Source: Psammoneis japonica
Lineage: Eukaryota
DNA: 64,000 nt
Reading direction: 5' to 3'
Assembly: GCA_008632985.1 (NCBI GenBank)
Contig: QPGO01000032.1
Location: 183,330 to 247,329, forward strand
Part shown: positions 23,878 to 37,089 of the stretch, one piece after another
Layout of the letters: each line of letters begins with the position of its first letter
How positions within the stretch are numbered: position 1 is the stretch's first letter
The notes under the pieces: model-generated
What the model was told of the DNA's origin: nothing
Databases searched by the model: none
What the model saw: the letters and a program-made list of their open reading frames with translations, nothing else
Position numbers and translations under genes: made by a program

Positions 23878-26734
23878 CGTCTATCTAAGGACCGGCTAAA
23901 TGCGCTCGTCGAAACCAGGTTTTGCGCACAAAAATGCGCTGAAACTGGCTACGTGTTTCTGCGTAGATACAGTACTGATCGATGACGTCACAGCCCCCCT
24001 CCAACACTGCGCGCGGTCTGCGCGCTGCCTCGAGCTTCAAGAACCGTAACCGCACAAATCCATTGCCCGTGGCCAGACCCTGCGCGAGATTCTTGAGATC
24101 CTCATGTTTGAACGACTGCACAGCAAAGACCATCACTTGCTTGAGTAGGCAATAGCTGCAAATGTATGTAATAGTGAGTTTTATGGCTGTCAATTGTTTC
24201 TAATTACTTCTGTGCAGTTGCTAGCTCATCACGAGCAGGTTGCAACGTTTCGGTGTGACACCACGTAGAATCCTGGTACGTTTCTACGTACAAGCGCATT
24301 TTTGCGCATTTAGCGCAAAATGAGCCCCAAAAACTCAAAAATGCGCACTGCGCATTTAGCCGGTCCCTAGCGGCGTCTGATGCTGTCTTTCTTCTGTCAT
24401 CCGCTGCGCGATTTGTGCATTTTTTTTATTTTGTGTCCCCTTCGACCCAAAAGCCAAAAGCGTGCAAGTAATCATAAAAATCGTTTCCTAAATTTTCTTC
24501 TCGACTCCTTCAGGGGCAGAGATTGCTGGAAGTCTTGGCGGCACTCTCCTCGTACCCAAGTTTAGATGGAGACGGACTGACTCGAAGCAACCCCGCTCGA
24601 TGACTGTGACCCCTCGCTTGATCCATGTCGGAAGTGGGGAACTTCCGACTCAAGATGACCCAGTCTAGTCTTCCGACTGTGACCGGTCAAACTTCGGTCT
24701 TCGCTTGTCTCACTTTTCCAGCTTTGTTGGAACAGGAACCCTGATCAATGTGACTGGATCACACAAGCTCGGAAAAGCATTGTTCTTTTTAGTCTCTCTC
24801 ATCATGTCAGATTTCTTTGCCTCGGGTGTCTCGGATGATGCGTTCGTTGATTTGGCTCGTCAACTGGAGTCTGATGTTGTCTCACCATTCTCGTCAAGCT
24901 CTCTGGTGGCTCCCTCTCCTCAGGCTTGCCCTTCTGGGGCTGCGCAACAGGGGGGGGTCACGGGGCTCAAATCCCCGAGGTGCAAGCGAGGACATTTTGG
25001 GGGGTCATGGTCATCCCCAATCGGACATTGACAGGGCGGAGTCAGGGGAAGTCATTTCCCACCCTCCAGGAACTCACGTTTTGGAAGGAGACGCATCCTG
25101 CCCATTTCAGAGGGAAGCTTGCTCGACCCGAGCAGGCTTCTTTGGGTGGGACTTGGCGGGTGACATCAGGGGCACGCTCGAGACGGAGAAGGAAGGCACG
25201 TCTTCTTCGTCCTCGCATGTGTCTCGTTGTCAAATCACCTGGCTGGAGACTGCTGGGGCACCTTGGTGCTTGGGGATCAAGGGCAGAGGAGCCACTTTCT
25301 GCCTCAAGAAGGCAAGTGAGTGCAATGTGAAGCACAAGGGCAGAAGGATGAACATCCTGGTGGCGGGTGTGATGGTGATCCTCAAGTCCCCAGATGCGGG
25401 GTTTTGTCAACCCACCCTGGACGGAAGGAGCATGTCTGGGGAGGTGCCAGTTAAGTGGGAATCCGAGTCGGATGCGCTGGCCGGGTGGCGGCAAAAGTTT
25501 TTGGTCCTGGGCAATGGTGAGCCCTTTTTCACCAAGGATGAGGTGGAACCCACTCTGAAGGAGCATGAAAGGGCAGCCGATTTCAAGACACCGGCTCGCA
25601 AGCAGTGGCCAGAACCCACCTCACCTCACGAAGACGCCATCCTGGAGAGGTTCATCCCACATGAAAAACAAATGCTCTCTGCGCCGGTGCAATTCCTGGT
25701 GGCAAACAAGAGTCCGTCCGCATTGGCTCGGGTGGTGCAATCGACCGAGGACAGATTGAGGCAAGCCGGGGAGGTGCCAGCCGAACTGGGTGACAAAGCT
25801 GGGAAGCGTTTCCACGCAATGGAGTCCATGGTTGACATTCTCAGCCGAAAACTGGATCAACTCGATGCGTCTCTCGGCACACCGACCCAGGGATTTGACA
25901 AGGCTCTCCTTGCCCCCATGCTTTGGGGCACCCTGGCGAACGTTGCATCTTGGGAAACAGGAACCCAATCCAGCAAGTGGAAACGGGGTGGAGGAACCAA
26001 TCCAACAATCTCATGAGAACGTTCAACGAGAGGTTTCAAGCGATGCAAGATGGGATGGGATCTGTGCCCAGTCGCACGGATCTGGAAAACCTGAAAAGAA
26101 ACATGCTTTGGGTTTGCACTCAGTTGGCTTCAAAGGTCAGGTCATTGGAATCCCAGGGAGCTGTGGGGTTCACTCCACCAGGTGAGTCACATGACCAAGG
26201 TTCTGTGGATGTGCGCCTCACTCGACTGGATTGGGCAGTGAGTGAGTCACGCACTAAATTGGACAAGTCAGCTGTCAAGTTCTTGGGGTTGGTGCATCGT
26301 CCTACGAGGAGTGCCAGGCTTGGATGACACAACATTTCCCGTCAAGGGCGCGTGGATGTTTAACCGACATTGTCCTGCTCTTGGATCGGATCAAAGGAAT
26401 CAAGCCAATGGCCCTGCATCACTTTCTGTCTCAGTGGGCCAAGCAAATGAGCATGAACATTGCGGCCAAGGAAGATGCGCGAACTTTGGCAGGCTTCCAA
26501 TGCCACATGCCTCGGATTTTCGACTCGGGATCTGCAAAGTTGGCCCAGACCTTGGGGTTGCATCCTTCCTGCTTGGACAGGGTCGAGACTTACGAACATT
26601 GGTCCTCGGGGAACATGGGAACGAAGCACTTCATTGAGGGGAAGATCGCCTCGATGGAAAATGACATCATGGAGGACATCAACCAATGCATTAGACCGGG
26701 AATGTTTGAGAGCCAGGCAGTGTGGGATGCTTTG

Positions 26735-27130
26735 GATGCGTTCCAGCCCTGGGTGGGAGCTTGCAGTGCTGACGTGTGACACAAACAATTTTTGTCATCC
26801 GTCGCATGTTTCGCACGTACATTTCCACGTGTGACATTTAAAAAAAATTGTCCAGACTTGCTGTTTTGCGAAGCCCCAGACGTTTTACATGACGCATTTA
26901 TAGAAACAACAATGCGCCAGCTACATTCTTCAATGTCTGAAGAATGTAACTGGCCAAGTAAAAATCGATGCACTTCAATCATGTGCGAGTTTGTGCGTTC
27001 GCAAAATTGCCTCATTTTCTGTTGGCAAACATTGATGTTCTAATTGCCGCACAATTTTACTGCGGAGCTCGCACGTAGAATTCTGCGGGCCCAATGTCAC
27101 ACAGATTCCCACCCATGCCTGGAACGCGTC
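26735..27130 (+). mobile_element. ~400-bp MITE (subfamily A), TSD TTTG
   Basis: GATGCGTTCCAG…CTGGAACGCGTC flanked by TTTG on both sides. Removing it restores the host gag frame (QAVWDAL|SKSVAFLRAL). Confidence 0.95.
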
Positions 27131-28102
27131 TTTGTCTAAATCGGTGGCTTTCCTGCGGGCGCTGATTCAGTTTGTCGACTCAACTTGTGCTTCCCTCACG
27201 GATCTGAGCAAGTTCTCAAAGAAGCAAGCATGGTCCTTGACCTCCAAATTGACACATCACATCTTTGAGGACATTCACAAGGCGCACTCGGGGGTTTTTA
27301 CCTCCATTTCAAGCACGGACCCAGACGCAGTGTGCAGCAAAATTTTGTGGGCGGTGTTTTGAACCCAGGACATTGTGGCCGAGCACACATCCATGGGGTT
27401 TGCCGATCACCCCTCGATGGCGTCGGAACATGTCAAGTTTCTCACGACTAGTTCCAGTTTTGAAGTGGTTGTGGACTTGCAATCCACGGTTCTGACGTTG
27501 ACGGAGAAGGCCAAAAACGCTGGCTCTGAGGCAAAATCAGCCCAGGCTCGTGGGGATGCGGCTCATGTGGAACTGGGAAAATTGCGGACGGAGGTGAAGG
27601 ACCTGACTCGCCGTCTGAAGGCTCTTGAGAACAAGAAGTGAAGCTCATGGGGAACGGAGGAACTGCAGGAGGGTCTGGTTTTGATTGATGGGCCCACTGA
27701 CCTGAGGCATGTCATGCGGGGCCGCAAAGCCTTCTCATTTCAAGGAGCTTGTTTGGTTCTTGCTTCCGGTCCCCCAATTTGGCTTTTGTCTCTTAGACCA
27801 AAGGAATGGCCTACATTGTGCCACTGCTCCAATGATGCCTGCACTTCCCACTGGAGCCCCCTGTCAGCAGAGATGTTCCAGAGCCAGTTGGATGCCTCCT
27901 TGGCTTGGGTCTCTTGGTCAAGTGTGGGACACCTCGCCGCCCAGGTTGGCCTTGTGTTCGTGTTGGGCCCACCCTCTTTCCTTGAATCCGCTGCACATGT
28001 CGTCCAGTCTGCACCCTTGATTGTGATCCCCGTGGAAAAGTTTCGAGACGTAGCCTCCTTGGACTGCACCAGTTCCGCCGTCGGGATGTCACACATGCAG
28101 TG

Positions 28103-28498
28103 GATGCGTTCCAAATGCAGGTGGGAATCCGTGTGACATTGGGCCCGTAGACTTCTACGTGCGAGCTCCGCAGTAAAATTGTGTGGCAATTAAAATGTCA
28201 ATGATCTCCAACAGAAAATGAGGCAATTTTGCGAACGCACAAACTCGCCCATGATTGAAGCACATCATTTTTTACTTGGCCAGTTGCATTCTTCAGACAT
28301 TGAAGAATGTAACTGGCGCATCATTGTTTCTATAAATTTGTTGTGTAAAACGTCTGGGGCTTCGCAAAACAGCGAGTCTGGACAATTTTTTTTAAATGTC
28401 ACACGTAGAAAGCTACGTGCGAAACATGCGACGGATGATAAAAATTGTTTGTGTCACACGTCAGTGCTACGAGCTCCCACCTAGGGCTGGAACGCGTT
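28103..28498 (-). mobile_element. ~400-bp MITE (subfamily A), TSD AGTG/GGTG
   Basis: Reverse-complement copy of 26735-27130 inside the retrotransposon. One TSD mismatch. Confidence 0.93.
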
Positions 28499-31400
28499 GG
28501 TGGCAGGTGGCGTTACTTCCTTCCATGCAACACTGTTCTGGCAAGGGGCACCCGCTCCGTTTTTTGACGGAGGCCTGTGGTGGTCCATCGGGCATGTCAT
28601 TGATTGCAAGCTTCCCGGGCCGCCATTGCCCCAACACCCCCGTGATGATTTTCACACGGAGTCTGACCATCTTAATCCTCAGTTCTTGAACCGACCGGTC
28701 GTGTGCCCATCTTGTCAGTCTGCAACAGGTTGGGTCTCCCGCACTCTCTCTGTGGATGAAATGTTGGCGGCCTGGGATTTACCTTTGAGGTTCCGCATGC
28801 CTCAGGTGCACCAGGCCTTCGAGCAGAGTTTTCTGCTTGTCCCGTTGAACCTCCTCACTCTGTTTGTGGATGCGTTCATTGACAAAGCCCCCCGGGACTC
28901 GTCGCAGCCTGGGCATGTGGGGGGCGGGGACACTGCACCTGCAGCTCCGGTTTGTGGGGCTGGAACTTGGCCACCTGGCCTTTGGTGGTGTTCACCACAC
29001 ACTTGGATTGATGTGTCCCTCACAACTGCAAAAGCTGCCAAGGGCGATGCAGCTGCCCCTCCATTTTGTTTGTGGGACAAGTGGATTGCTTTGCTTTTCC
29101 CTGTCTTTAGAAAGGTTTTACCTGCCCTGCGGAACTCAACCCATCAATGGTGGCGGAGGCGGACTCTCCGGTCCTTTCTGTCATGCCTGCGCCGGGTGTG
29201 TGGCCCGACGTGGGGCGCCATGTTGGCCACACAATGTCAGCATTTTAGGGACGCTACAGGGCGTCTTCAGGGGGGGTTTGCCGCCACCCTCCACTCCCAT
29301 CTTTGCCACTTGATGCACACCTTGGGGTGGATGTGTCAACACAAGTGTTGGCCAGCACATGGTGGAACTGGGACAGTGGTTTGTCCCTTTTATTTTGGCG
29401 GTGGCCCACTCCGGAGCAGCGGGTTTGCGCTCAGGATGGGATCCAGATCTTTGTCAACAGTCCTCTCCCTTGCAATCATCGCTGCCAGCAAATTCGGGGT
29501 TCAGAGCATGAGATCCTCAGGATGGCGGACAAGATGCAGAAAGTCCGAGACCAAGGATGCATCCGTCGGGGTAGGGTGATCAGCTTGACAGATCATTTCT
29601 GGGTCCCAAAGACCGTCCAAGTGGAAGCCCAGAATGGACGGTTGGTGGAAATCGTCGACGATGTACGGATGGTTTGTGGTGGCACTTTTTCTGGATTGAA
29701 TGATGCCTTGTGGGCACCCTCCTTTTTCTTGCCCACCCCCGCTTTGGTTCTGGGCTGCATGACCCATTCTACGTTCTTGGTGGACCTCGATCTCGGCGAT
29801 GTGTTCTTGAATTTTTTCATGGATCCCAGCATCCGGCCACATGCAGGAATTGACTTAACCCCGCTCAAGCCGTGCCTCCCGTCGCCGGAGCCAGTCTTGG
29901 GGGGTAAGCTCTGGTTCGAACGATGGAACCACTTGTTCATGGGGATGCGTCCCAGCCCTTGCTTGGCAGTGCGGGCATTCCATTGGGCCAACGAGATTGC
30001 CCGGGGCGATCCACAATGTGCTTCCAACATCATGGGGCATGACAAGCTTGTCCAAACTTGCCGGGTGACCCAAATTTCCGGATGGAAAACCCGTTTGTCA
30101 TGAAGTGGAATTCACGTTGGAAGGAAATTGCTGGGGACATCAAAACATTTGTGGACGACTTGCGAGGAATGGGGTGAGCGAGGAATCCGCATGGCAGGTG
30201 GCTCACCAAATGGCCTCACGGTTGCAGTGTCTTGGTCTGCAGAATGCGGCCCGGAAGGTGCGCCCCCCCTCTCAAGTCGAACTGGAGCTTGGGCGGGCGC
30301 CATCTTCAGAGTTGTCGATGGGGACGTTGCTCAGTCTGTGGCTCAGGCCAAATGGAACAAAGCCAAGGTCATCATTGCCAATTTGCTGGGCCACTGCGCA
30401 AATTGACCTGAAGACTTTCTCCCCAGTTTTTTGATTTCAAGGATCTAGAGCGGAAACGGGGTTCTCTGGCACATCTGGCTGTGACTTGCTCTTTCCCAAC
30501 ACCATTCTTGAAAGGTGTCCACTTGACCCTTGACTCGTGGTGGCCAAATCGAAAAAAGGATGGCTGGGCAATGACGGGAAAGGAGTTTGTGAGTTGGATT
30601 CATCATCTTGCTGAGAAGCGGGGCCTGGACCCATCAGAGGTTGCGGAGGGGCTAAGGGATCAGCCGCCACCTCCCCAGCTTACGGCAGTCCTGTGTCTGT
30701 TCATGGACTCAACAGCCATGTCCCGCATTGTGGAGTCGCCGACCCCTTCTGTGGTGATCATCAGGTCGTCAAAAATCATCTCAGTCCTCTGCGGTTTTGG
30801 TGATGCATCCGGAAAAGACCTTGGCACGTCCCTGGAAGCATCGGATGGAACACTTGTCTTTTGGATCGGTGTGTGGGGCGACGACGAACTGGGGAACTCT
30901 TCGAATTAGAAGGAATTATTCAATGCGGTCGATGCCATCCAGGAACTTGGAGAGGAGGGCGAATTGACTGGCGCGTGCTTGTTCTTTTTTACAGACAACT
31001 CGGTTGCTGAGTTGGCTTGGCACAAGGGTGCCTCTTCCAGCCCCCTCCTGTTTGAGCAAGTCATTCGGCTGAAATCGTTAGAGGCCAAGCATGGGATTAG
31101 GCCACATCTCACACACGTCTCGGGAGGTCGGATGACAGCTCAGGGCATGGACGGAGTCTCTAGGGGAGTCTTGTCCGAAGGTGTTGTGAATGGAGCCAAG
31201 ATGTTGTTGTTTGCACCTCTTTGTCTTTGAGCCACTGCTCGGTCTCCCACTCTTTTTGCGTGGGTTCAGTCTTGGGCTGGCACCCCACCCCCGGAGCTGC
31301 TGACCCCCTTGGAGTGGCATCAGAAGGGACATGACATTGCGGGGTGGAGTGCCCAGATCACGAAGCAATCGAAATGCCTTGTTTCAAGTCAGGCACTTGG

Positions 31401-34400
31401 GTTTGGGCCCCGCCCCCAGCTGTGGCGAGGGCAGCCCTGGAAGAGCTCCGCATCGCTAGGATCAAACGCCAGACATCATTTCACATGTTCATCTGCCCAC
31501 ACTTGATGACACCGGAGTGGCAGAAGCAGTTGTACAAGGCGGCGGATCTTGTGTTCACCGTTCCGGCTGGAGCAAGACCTTTCTGGCCAGGTGACATGTT
31601 TGAGCCATTGCTCATCGGCCTTCTTTTTCCGTTCGTTTCCTGCAGTCCTTGGCAGCTTTGGGGAACCCCAAAAATGTGTGCCATGGACCGGTCCTTGCGA
31701 CGAGTGTGGCCGGACACTACGGTGGACATAAGGCATGTTCTGCGCCAATTTTGTGCACAATGCAGGAATCTGGCCGGCATGTCAGAAGGTGTGGTGTCCA
31801 GGGTGCTGCACTTCAAGAGAAAGCGTGACATTCCATCCAGGAGGGACCCCATCGGATGACCCTCAAAACGACGATGAGCAAACTCTTGGGGCTGACCGCC
31901 CTTGGTTGGACGACAACGCGTGATGTCGGAAGCCGCAGGATAAAAACAAATTCGTGCGGGCTTGGGCAGGAGATCATCTCACGGTGGTGTTTGAGCACGA
32001 CTCCTGTGTCTTTCACAAGCCACACCAGAGGGAACCCGCACCATCATTCCCTTGAGACAAGGTCGCCCTGGCTTGCATCCGACAGGTGATCCTGGATGCC
32101 TTTTGGAGCAGGGAGTCTACAACGGTCAAGGCAAACGCGGCGAGAGTCGGCCGGGGCCTGGCCTTGTCCGAATGTTTGGGCCTGACGGGCCCTTGCCTGG
32201 AACCAGGTCTGCTCCCGCCCTGTGATCACTGTGGGCACAAGGTTGCGATGCAGATGGTCTTGGCATTGACGGCTGCAGGGAAGCACTCGGAATCACACAC
32301 TCAGTTCGATGCGATCAGGAAATTACGCACCGCGTGTTCCAATCAGGTGCACGCTTCTGCCCAGGCTAATTCACGTGCTTCAGCGTTGGGTGACTTGGAA
32401 GGAAAACAGCATCTCCGGATGTGTGAGGACCCGTGTGCTTTGCTGTGGTTCCAATGGTTTATGACCAGGTGCAAGAGACGGATGGGCCAAGACTGGGGGC
32501 CCGACAGGGTGACATCAGTGGACGTCATGCAACACCTCTTACCTCGGGTCAAAGAGAAGGCTCTTTGAGCCCCAGGAGAGGCGGACAGATTCACGTGCCT
32601 CTCCTGCGGATTGCACTTTGTGGCCAGCTACATCTTGTCCCTGCGGGGCCCAGAAGGTTTGCTTGTGGACTTGGGGGCGATGGCAAAGCATCTTTCAAGA
32701 CACACAGATTGTGTTGTGGTCCCTCTTTTGGGGCGAGTGAAGGGAGAACATGGGGAGCGGCAGCACCTTCTTCCAAGTGTCAATGTGACCAGCTCAGGGA
32801 TCAACCTTCGATTTTGGGTAGAGACGGCAGTCTCACTACACTGGGGTCATTGGCGAATGCACGGACCAGCCATGTCGGATGTGGACAGTCAAGTCTTGTC
32901 CACAAAAGAGCTTGACACTTTTCTGCATGAAGTTCTGGGAGACATCTATGATGATCACCCAAGCTCATTCGCAGCTGACATCACCTCTCTTGCTGACACA
33001 CAGGACAAACATGACGTGAGCCGGTCATTCCAGAGGGGATCTGACTCTCGTGCTGTTGCTCAAGAGGCATTGGAAGATGACATTGACGTCGTCAACCATT
33101 GGAAAAAGAAGGAGAGGTCGGGGGCGGCTTGACCCACCCACAAAATGCAGCAACACTGTGCTGACATCACCCTTCTTTTGCCCTCTTTCCTGCGTTGCAC
33201 CAAGGCCATGTGATTCGGGATGATCGCAAGTCCTCGGTGACGTTGGGCCCCCGGAGAGCAGTCCCATCTTCCTGCTCTCTGGGTTCTCATTGTTGGTGGC
33301 CACTGCCCAGGATTCTCATCGGGGGGATCAGAGCTCGACCCATCTCATCCGGCCTCGGGAGTCAATGAGACGAGGTCAAAGACAACTGAGTGGCACAAGA
33401 CCTTCGACGGCTTTAGTTTTCGCGCGGGAAAACTTGGTCTGGCGTGTCTTTGTTTGAGTTGGCCACTTGCTCTCTAGTCTGCACCCAACGTCGCGAAATG
33501 CCAAAGGGAACAACACCAGAGTTTGGTCCTCAAAAACGCCCGAGGTGCTGGCACTGCATCGGTTTTCGGAAGAGCCCCTGCACTGCTGCAGGACCCTGTG
33601 GAGGGTTTGGATTTTCCCATCCCCCCTTGTGCGGAGCAGAGCTCACACGGAAAGCTTTGCTCATGAGTCTCCCAAGCATCCCAATGATTTGTTGCTTCTT
33701 GTGGTTCTTGACTGCTGTAGGATCATCCGAGATCCAGTCCGAAGCGGCGGTTCACAGAGTCTGTGCTCGGATCCTGCCTGAACACGATTGCAACACAGAA
33801 TGGGGGGGGCTGGCTGGCTTGTGGTGGAGTGGCCTGGTTGTCCCATTCTTGTACCGGCACGCTGCATTTTCAGCCAATCATGTCATGTCTTCAGTGAATT
33901 GTGACTCAGCAATCCCCAATTATGACAATGCAACACTTAAGAACAATTTTGTCTTGAAGCCATTTATGACTCAGCAACGTTTTAAGACCACTCGCTAAAC
34001 GGACAGACAGAAAAGACACTGCATGCATGCAGCAGGAAAAATCATCACGCGCACTTGCCACCCTCGAACCGTCGCAGCACAATGGCGACCAGCTCCGTTC
34101 ATGAATCGACCATCACTGTGACGATGCGAGGGTTGACAGCATTGACACAAGGCACAAAGTCTGTGTCGAGCATGACGGTTGCATTTTTTTGTTGGTGTCT
34201 CCTAAATTTCTTTTGTTTCCATTGTGTTTAAACAGAGCATGTGTTTTGAGTTTTGTTTTCTGCCGCCGACAAGATTGCTGCTAACAATGAACCACAAGGA
34301 CTGTGAGGATGCACCAAAATCATTAAGACAAGGCAATGTGAACACATCGAGCATGATGGGGTTGTTTCTTTGATGGCACCTTCTACATTTCTGTTGTTTC

Positions 34401-35973
34401 TATTCCTTTTAATTGGACAGTGTTTTGCTTTGTTTTCGGCCAACGGCATTGGTTAATGCAATCAACCACAAGTGCCACGAGGGCACACCAAAAGCATTGA
34501 CACAAGGCAATGGAAATGTGTTGAGTGTCATGGGTCTGTTTCTTTGTTGTCGTGTTCTCAATTTTGCTGTTTCCACTCCTTTGTTTCTGCTGCAGGGCTG
34601 CGACAGGCCACCGCTGTCCGTGCCATTGATGTTGGTGCGGCCCGGCAATGGTTGGTGTGGTGGACTGGTGTGGTTGTACAAGTGCAAACTGTTTGTTGCC
34701 CCACCGTGTTGGATCCTAATCCTGAATTAATGCATCTGCGCTGGGAAGTGGTGATGTGATGTGCATCAACACAAACAGAAAAAAGAACAAAACAAAAAGA
34801 CACCAAGAACACCTTACTTTCCTTGGTTGCACCACAAGGTGTGAGCGACCCGCCCCCCGATGACCATTTTTGACATGATTTTTTCTTCCCTCACAGCAGC
34901 ATTCTTCTTCTTTGACCTTTCGTCTCTTTGTAGCTGGAGTGACAGTGGATGGCAGCACAGGAGCAGATGCTGCAAAACTTGCCGTCCCAAGAGAAACGGG
35001 TTGGCAGCAGGTTGAACATGGCATTGACAACGCAACAGCAGGTGGGCCCAAAGGTTGCTGCAATGACATTGGCAAATTTGTCACAGGAATGGGCAGCAGA
35101 GGCAGCAATGGCAGAGCTGGTGCCGGCATGGGGAGGATTGGGGCAGGCGGCACGGAGCTCAATTCTCAAAGTTGCAGATCATTCGTGTTTCTTGGGGAAG
35201 CTGCTCTTGAGGAGGAGTGTCTTCAAACACAGAATGACACTCTTGCTCATCAAAGTCGACACCAAACTCAGCAGCGTCAAAGTCACCAGCGTCATTGTTC
35301 ACAGGTGCCGTTTCATTTGGCACCACTGCAGATGCCGCCGACTGCTCACGTGAAATGGCTTGTAGGATGTGAGGAAGAGGCATCGGATTTGCAGCACATT
35401 TGGGGCATTGGCAGCGACTGTTGGTTGGATGGGGTGGACATTGTGCTCCGTTTCAAAAATTGACCACGGCATTGAGGGTGTCAGAGTCCAGGAGGCCGAG
35501 CGCATGTGGAGTTGGCAATTCCCAGCAAGGGCTGCGCGTGCATCACAATTGGGTGATGCACGTGCCCACTGGCAAGGCTTGCTAAGAACACGGCCAGACC
35601 AAAAGAACCCCCCCGGCAGATTCATCACAACCTCCTTGGGGCAGTCCTGGTTTTACCCTTCACTTAAATGCGGCCTTTTTGGTGCATGCAAGATGCCAAC
35701 TGTGACGGCAGAAGCTGTGAACTTTGAAGGACCGATGACCGCAGGCTGTTGATCCTGGTCTGCAGCGTAGGACGGATGACCCCACTGCCTGCAAATGCCA
35801 GCACCAGACCGCCGCTGCCCTTCGTCTGATTGCAGCTGTTGCCATGCTTTAGATCGTTGCTTGGCTGGCGTCCGTGATGAGCAAATTAGCAGACCTGATT
35901 TGCAGCTCCCATGACCGACGGCATGGCGTCAATCTTGAGACAAATGCCCACGATCCCGTTGCATGATCAGCCA

Positions 35974-36414
35974 TCATCTGCCGGACAATGACACTGTGGG
36001 GGTTGTTGCTCCACCCTGGCAGTCCACGCTGATGGTGTGGAAATTCACGTTTAGCGTCTCGAGGCTTTTCCCATTGCCTCCCGTGGGGCTCACCATGCTG
36101 AAACCGGCAATGATCGCATTGGTGAACTTGAACGTTGCATGAAGTCAATTCTTGTGGGTCATTTCAATCACTGTGAGTGGTGTGTTCCTGCCCTCGGCTA
36201 GATGCAAGCCGAGCTCGGGAGTGGCCCGGTCGGGTTCCTTGGCAAAGGAGAGGTCGGCAATGGAAACCCCGCCAGCAGAGCCCGAGCCAGCTGATGCACT
36301 TACATCAGGGTCTGATTTGGGAATGGTGAAGGAAACCAGGTCGATCCAGTTAAGATGTTTCTTGTCCTTGCTGCTGCCCGGGATTGCGTCAATTTTGAGA
36401 AAAGTGCCCACAAT
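35974..36414 (-). pseudogene. Type VI secretion Hcp (tail-tube)-like domain with one internal TGA (36145-36147)
   Basis: IVGTFLKIDAIPGSSKDKKHLNWIDLVSF…SAGSGSAGGVSIADLSFAKEPDRATPELGLHLAEGRNTPLTVIEMTHKN*LHATFKFTNAIIAGFSMVSPTGGNGKSLETLNVNFHTISVDCQGG follows the Hcp1 pattern from end to end. Confidence 0.8.
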
Positions 36415-37089
36415 TGCATGGTGGTGAGGCTGCTCCCTTGCACAGTTGCGACAAATCCAGGAGCTTCCCACCAGCCCCTGGGGGCAAAGGCTCCAAGTCA
36501 TTGAGCAGGTCCCCGCGATCACTCATCACGACGCCTGCAGTTGGCACATGGGCGGACAAAGCCGTCCGATGCGCATCCATGTCAGCGTGCCAGAACTCCA
36601 GCACCGTCCGTGAATTTTGTTGTTTGTGGACATTCACACAAATGCAATGGAAATTTTTGTCATTCGTGACATCAAGTTTGTAACGGTTGTCCGTTGAATT
36701 TAGTCTTGTTTGGCGAAGAACACATGGGCTGTGGAGATTTGAAAAAATGGTTGCACTCGGCCTGTCCTTCCATGCATTTGCAAAACTTGTGTGGGATTCC
36801 ACGTGCACAACATTGCGTGGGGCGATGCTGAAATGGCAGTTGCGCCAATCAGCTCATTCAAATTTGCGTGAGGCCAACGCAAACGGCACTTTCACGATGA
36901 TGATGATGCAGCGGCGGCGGCGTCTTCAGTGCATTCCCGCAGCCACACCACAGCACATGCTTCTGCATGTGACAATGTGTGTTGGAAAGTTTGAAAGAGA
37001 TCTGTCTCATTGGCGGCGTCTCTGAAGGTGTTGTTTTCAACATGAATTTATGATTTGTGGACTGGGCTGTCATGGCAGGGCTGAATGTG

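Larger units (their letters stand above)
24560..33400 (+). mobile_element. Tyrosine-recombinase retrotransposon (DIRS/Ngaro-like) relic: gag-like ORF, RT, RNase H, YR
   Basis: gag-like region 24804-27641. RT: DDVRMVCGGTFSGLNDALWAPSFFLPT, DLDLGDVFLNF, MGMRPSPC, TFVDDLR (30145-). RNase H: CGFGDASG (30790-), FFTDNSVAE, HVSGGRMTAQGMDGVSRG. YR: LSLRGPEG, LLGRVKGE, RSFQRGS, MQQHCAD. Many stops and frameshifts; ends approximate. Confidence 0.9.

Noticed and set aside
23885..24193. Possible LRR fragment (DLKNLAQGLATGNG…LRFLKL)
   Set aside because: Too short and weak to support a call.
24560..33400. ADAR-type RNA editing or DGR-type RT mutagenesis as the cause of the A->G changes
   Set aside because: DNA transposons and MITEs with no RNA intermediate are affected too. 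Changes occur on both strands within one copy and are transitions at TpA. No TR/VR pair was seen.
35974..36414. Bacterial contamination or a T6SS operon
   Set aside because: No other T6SS genes are nearby, and the segment carries the same TA/CG decay as the flanking repeats.
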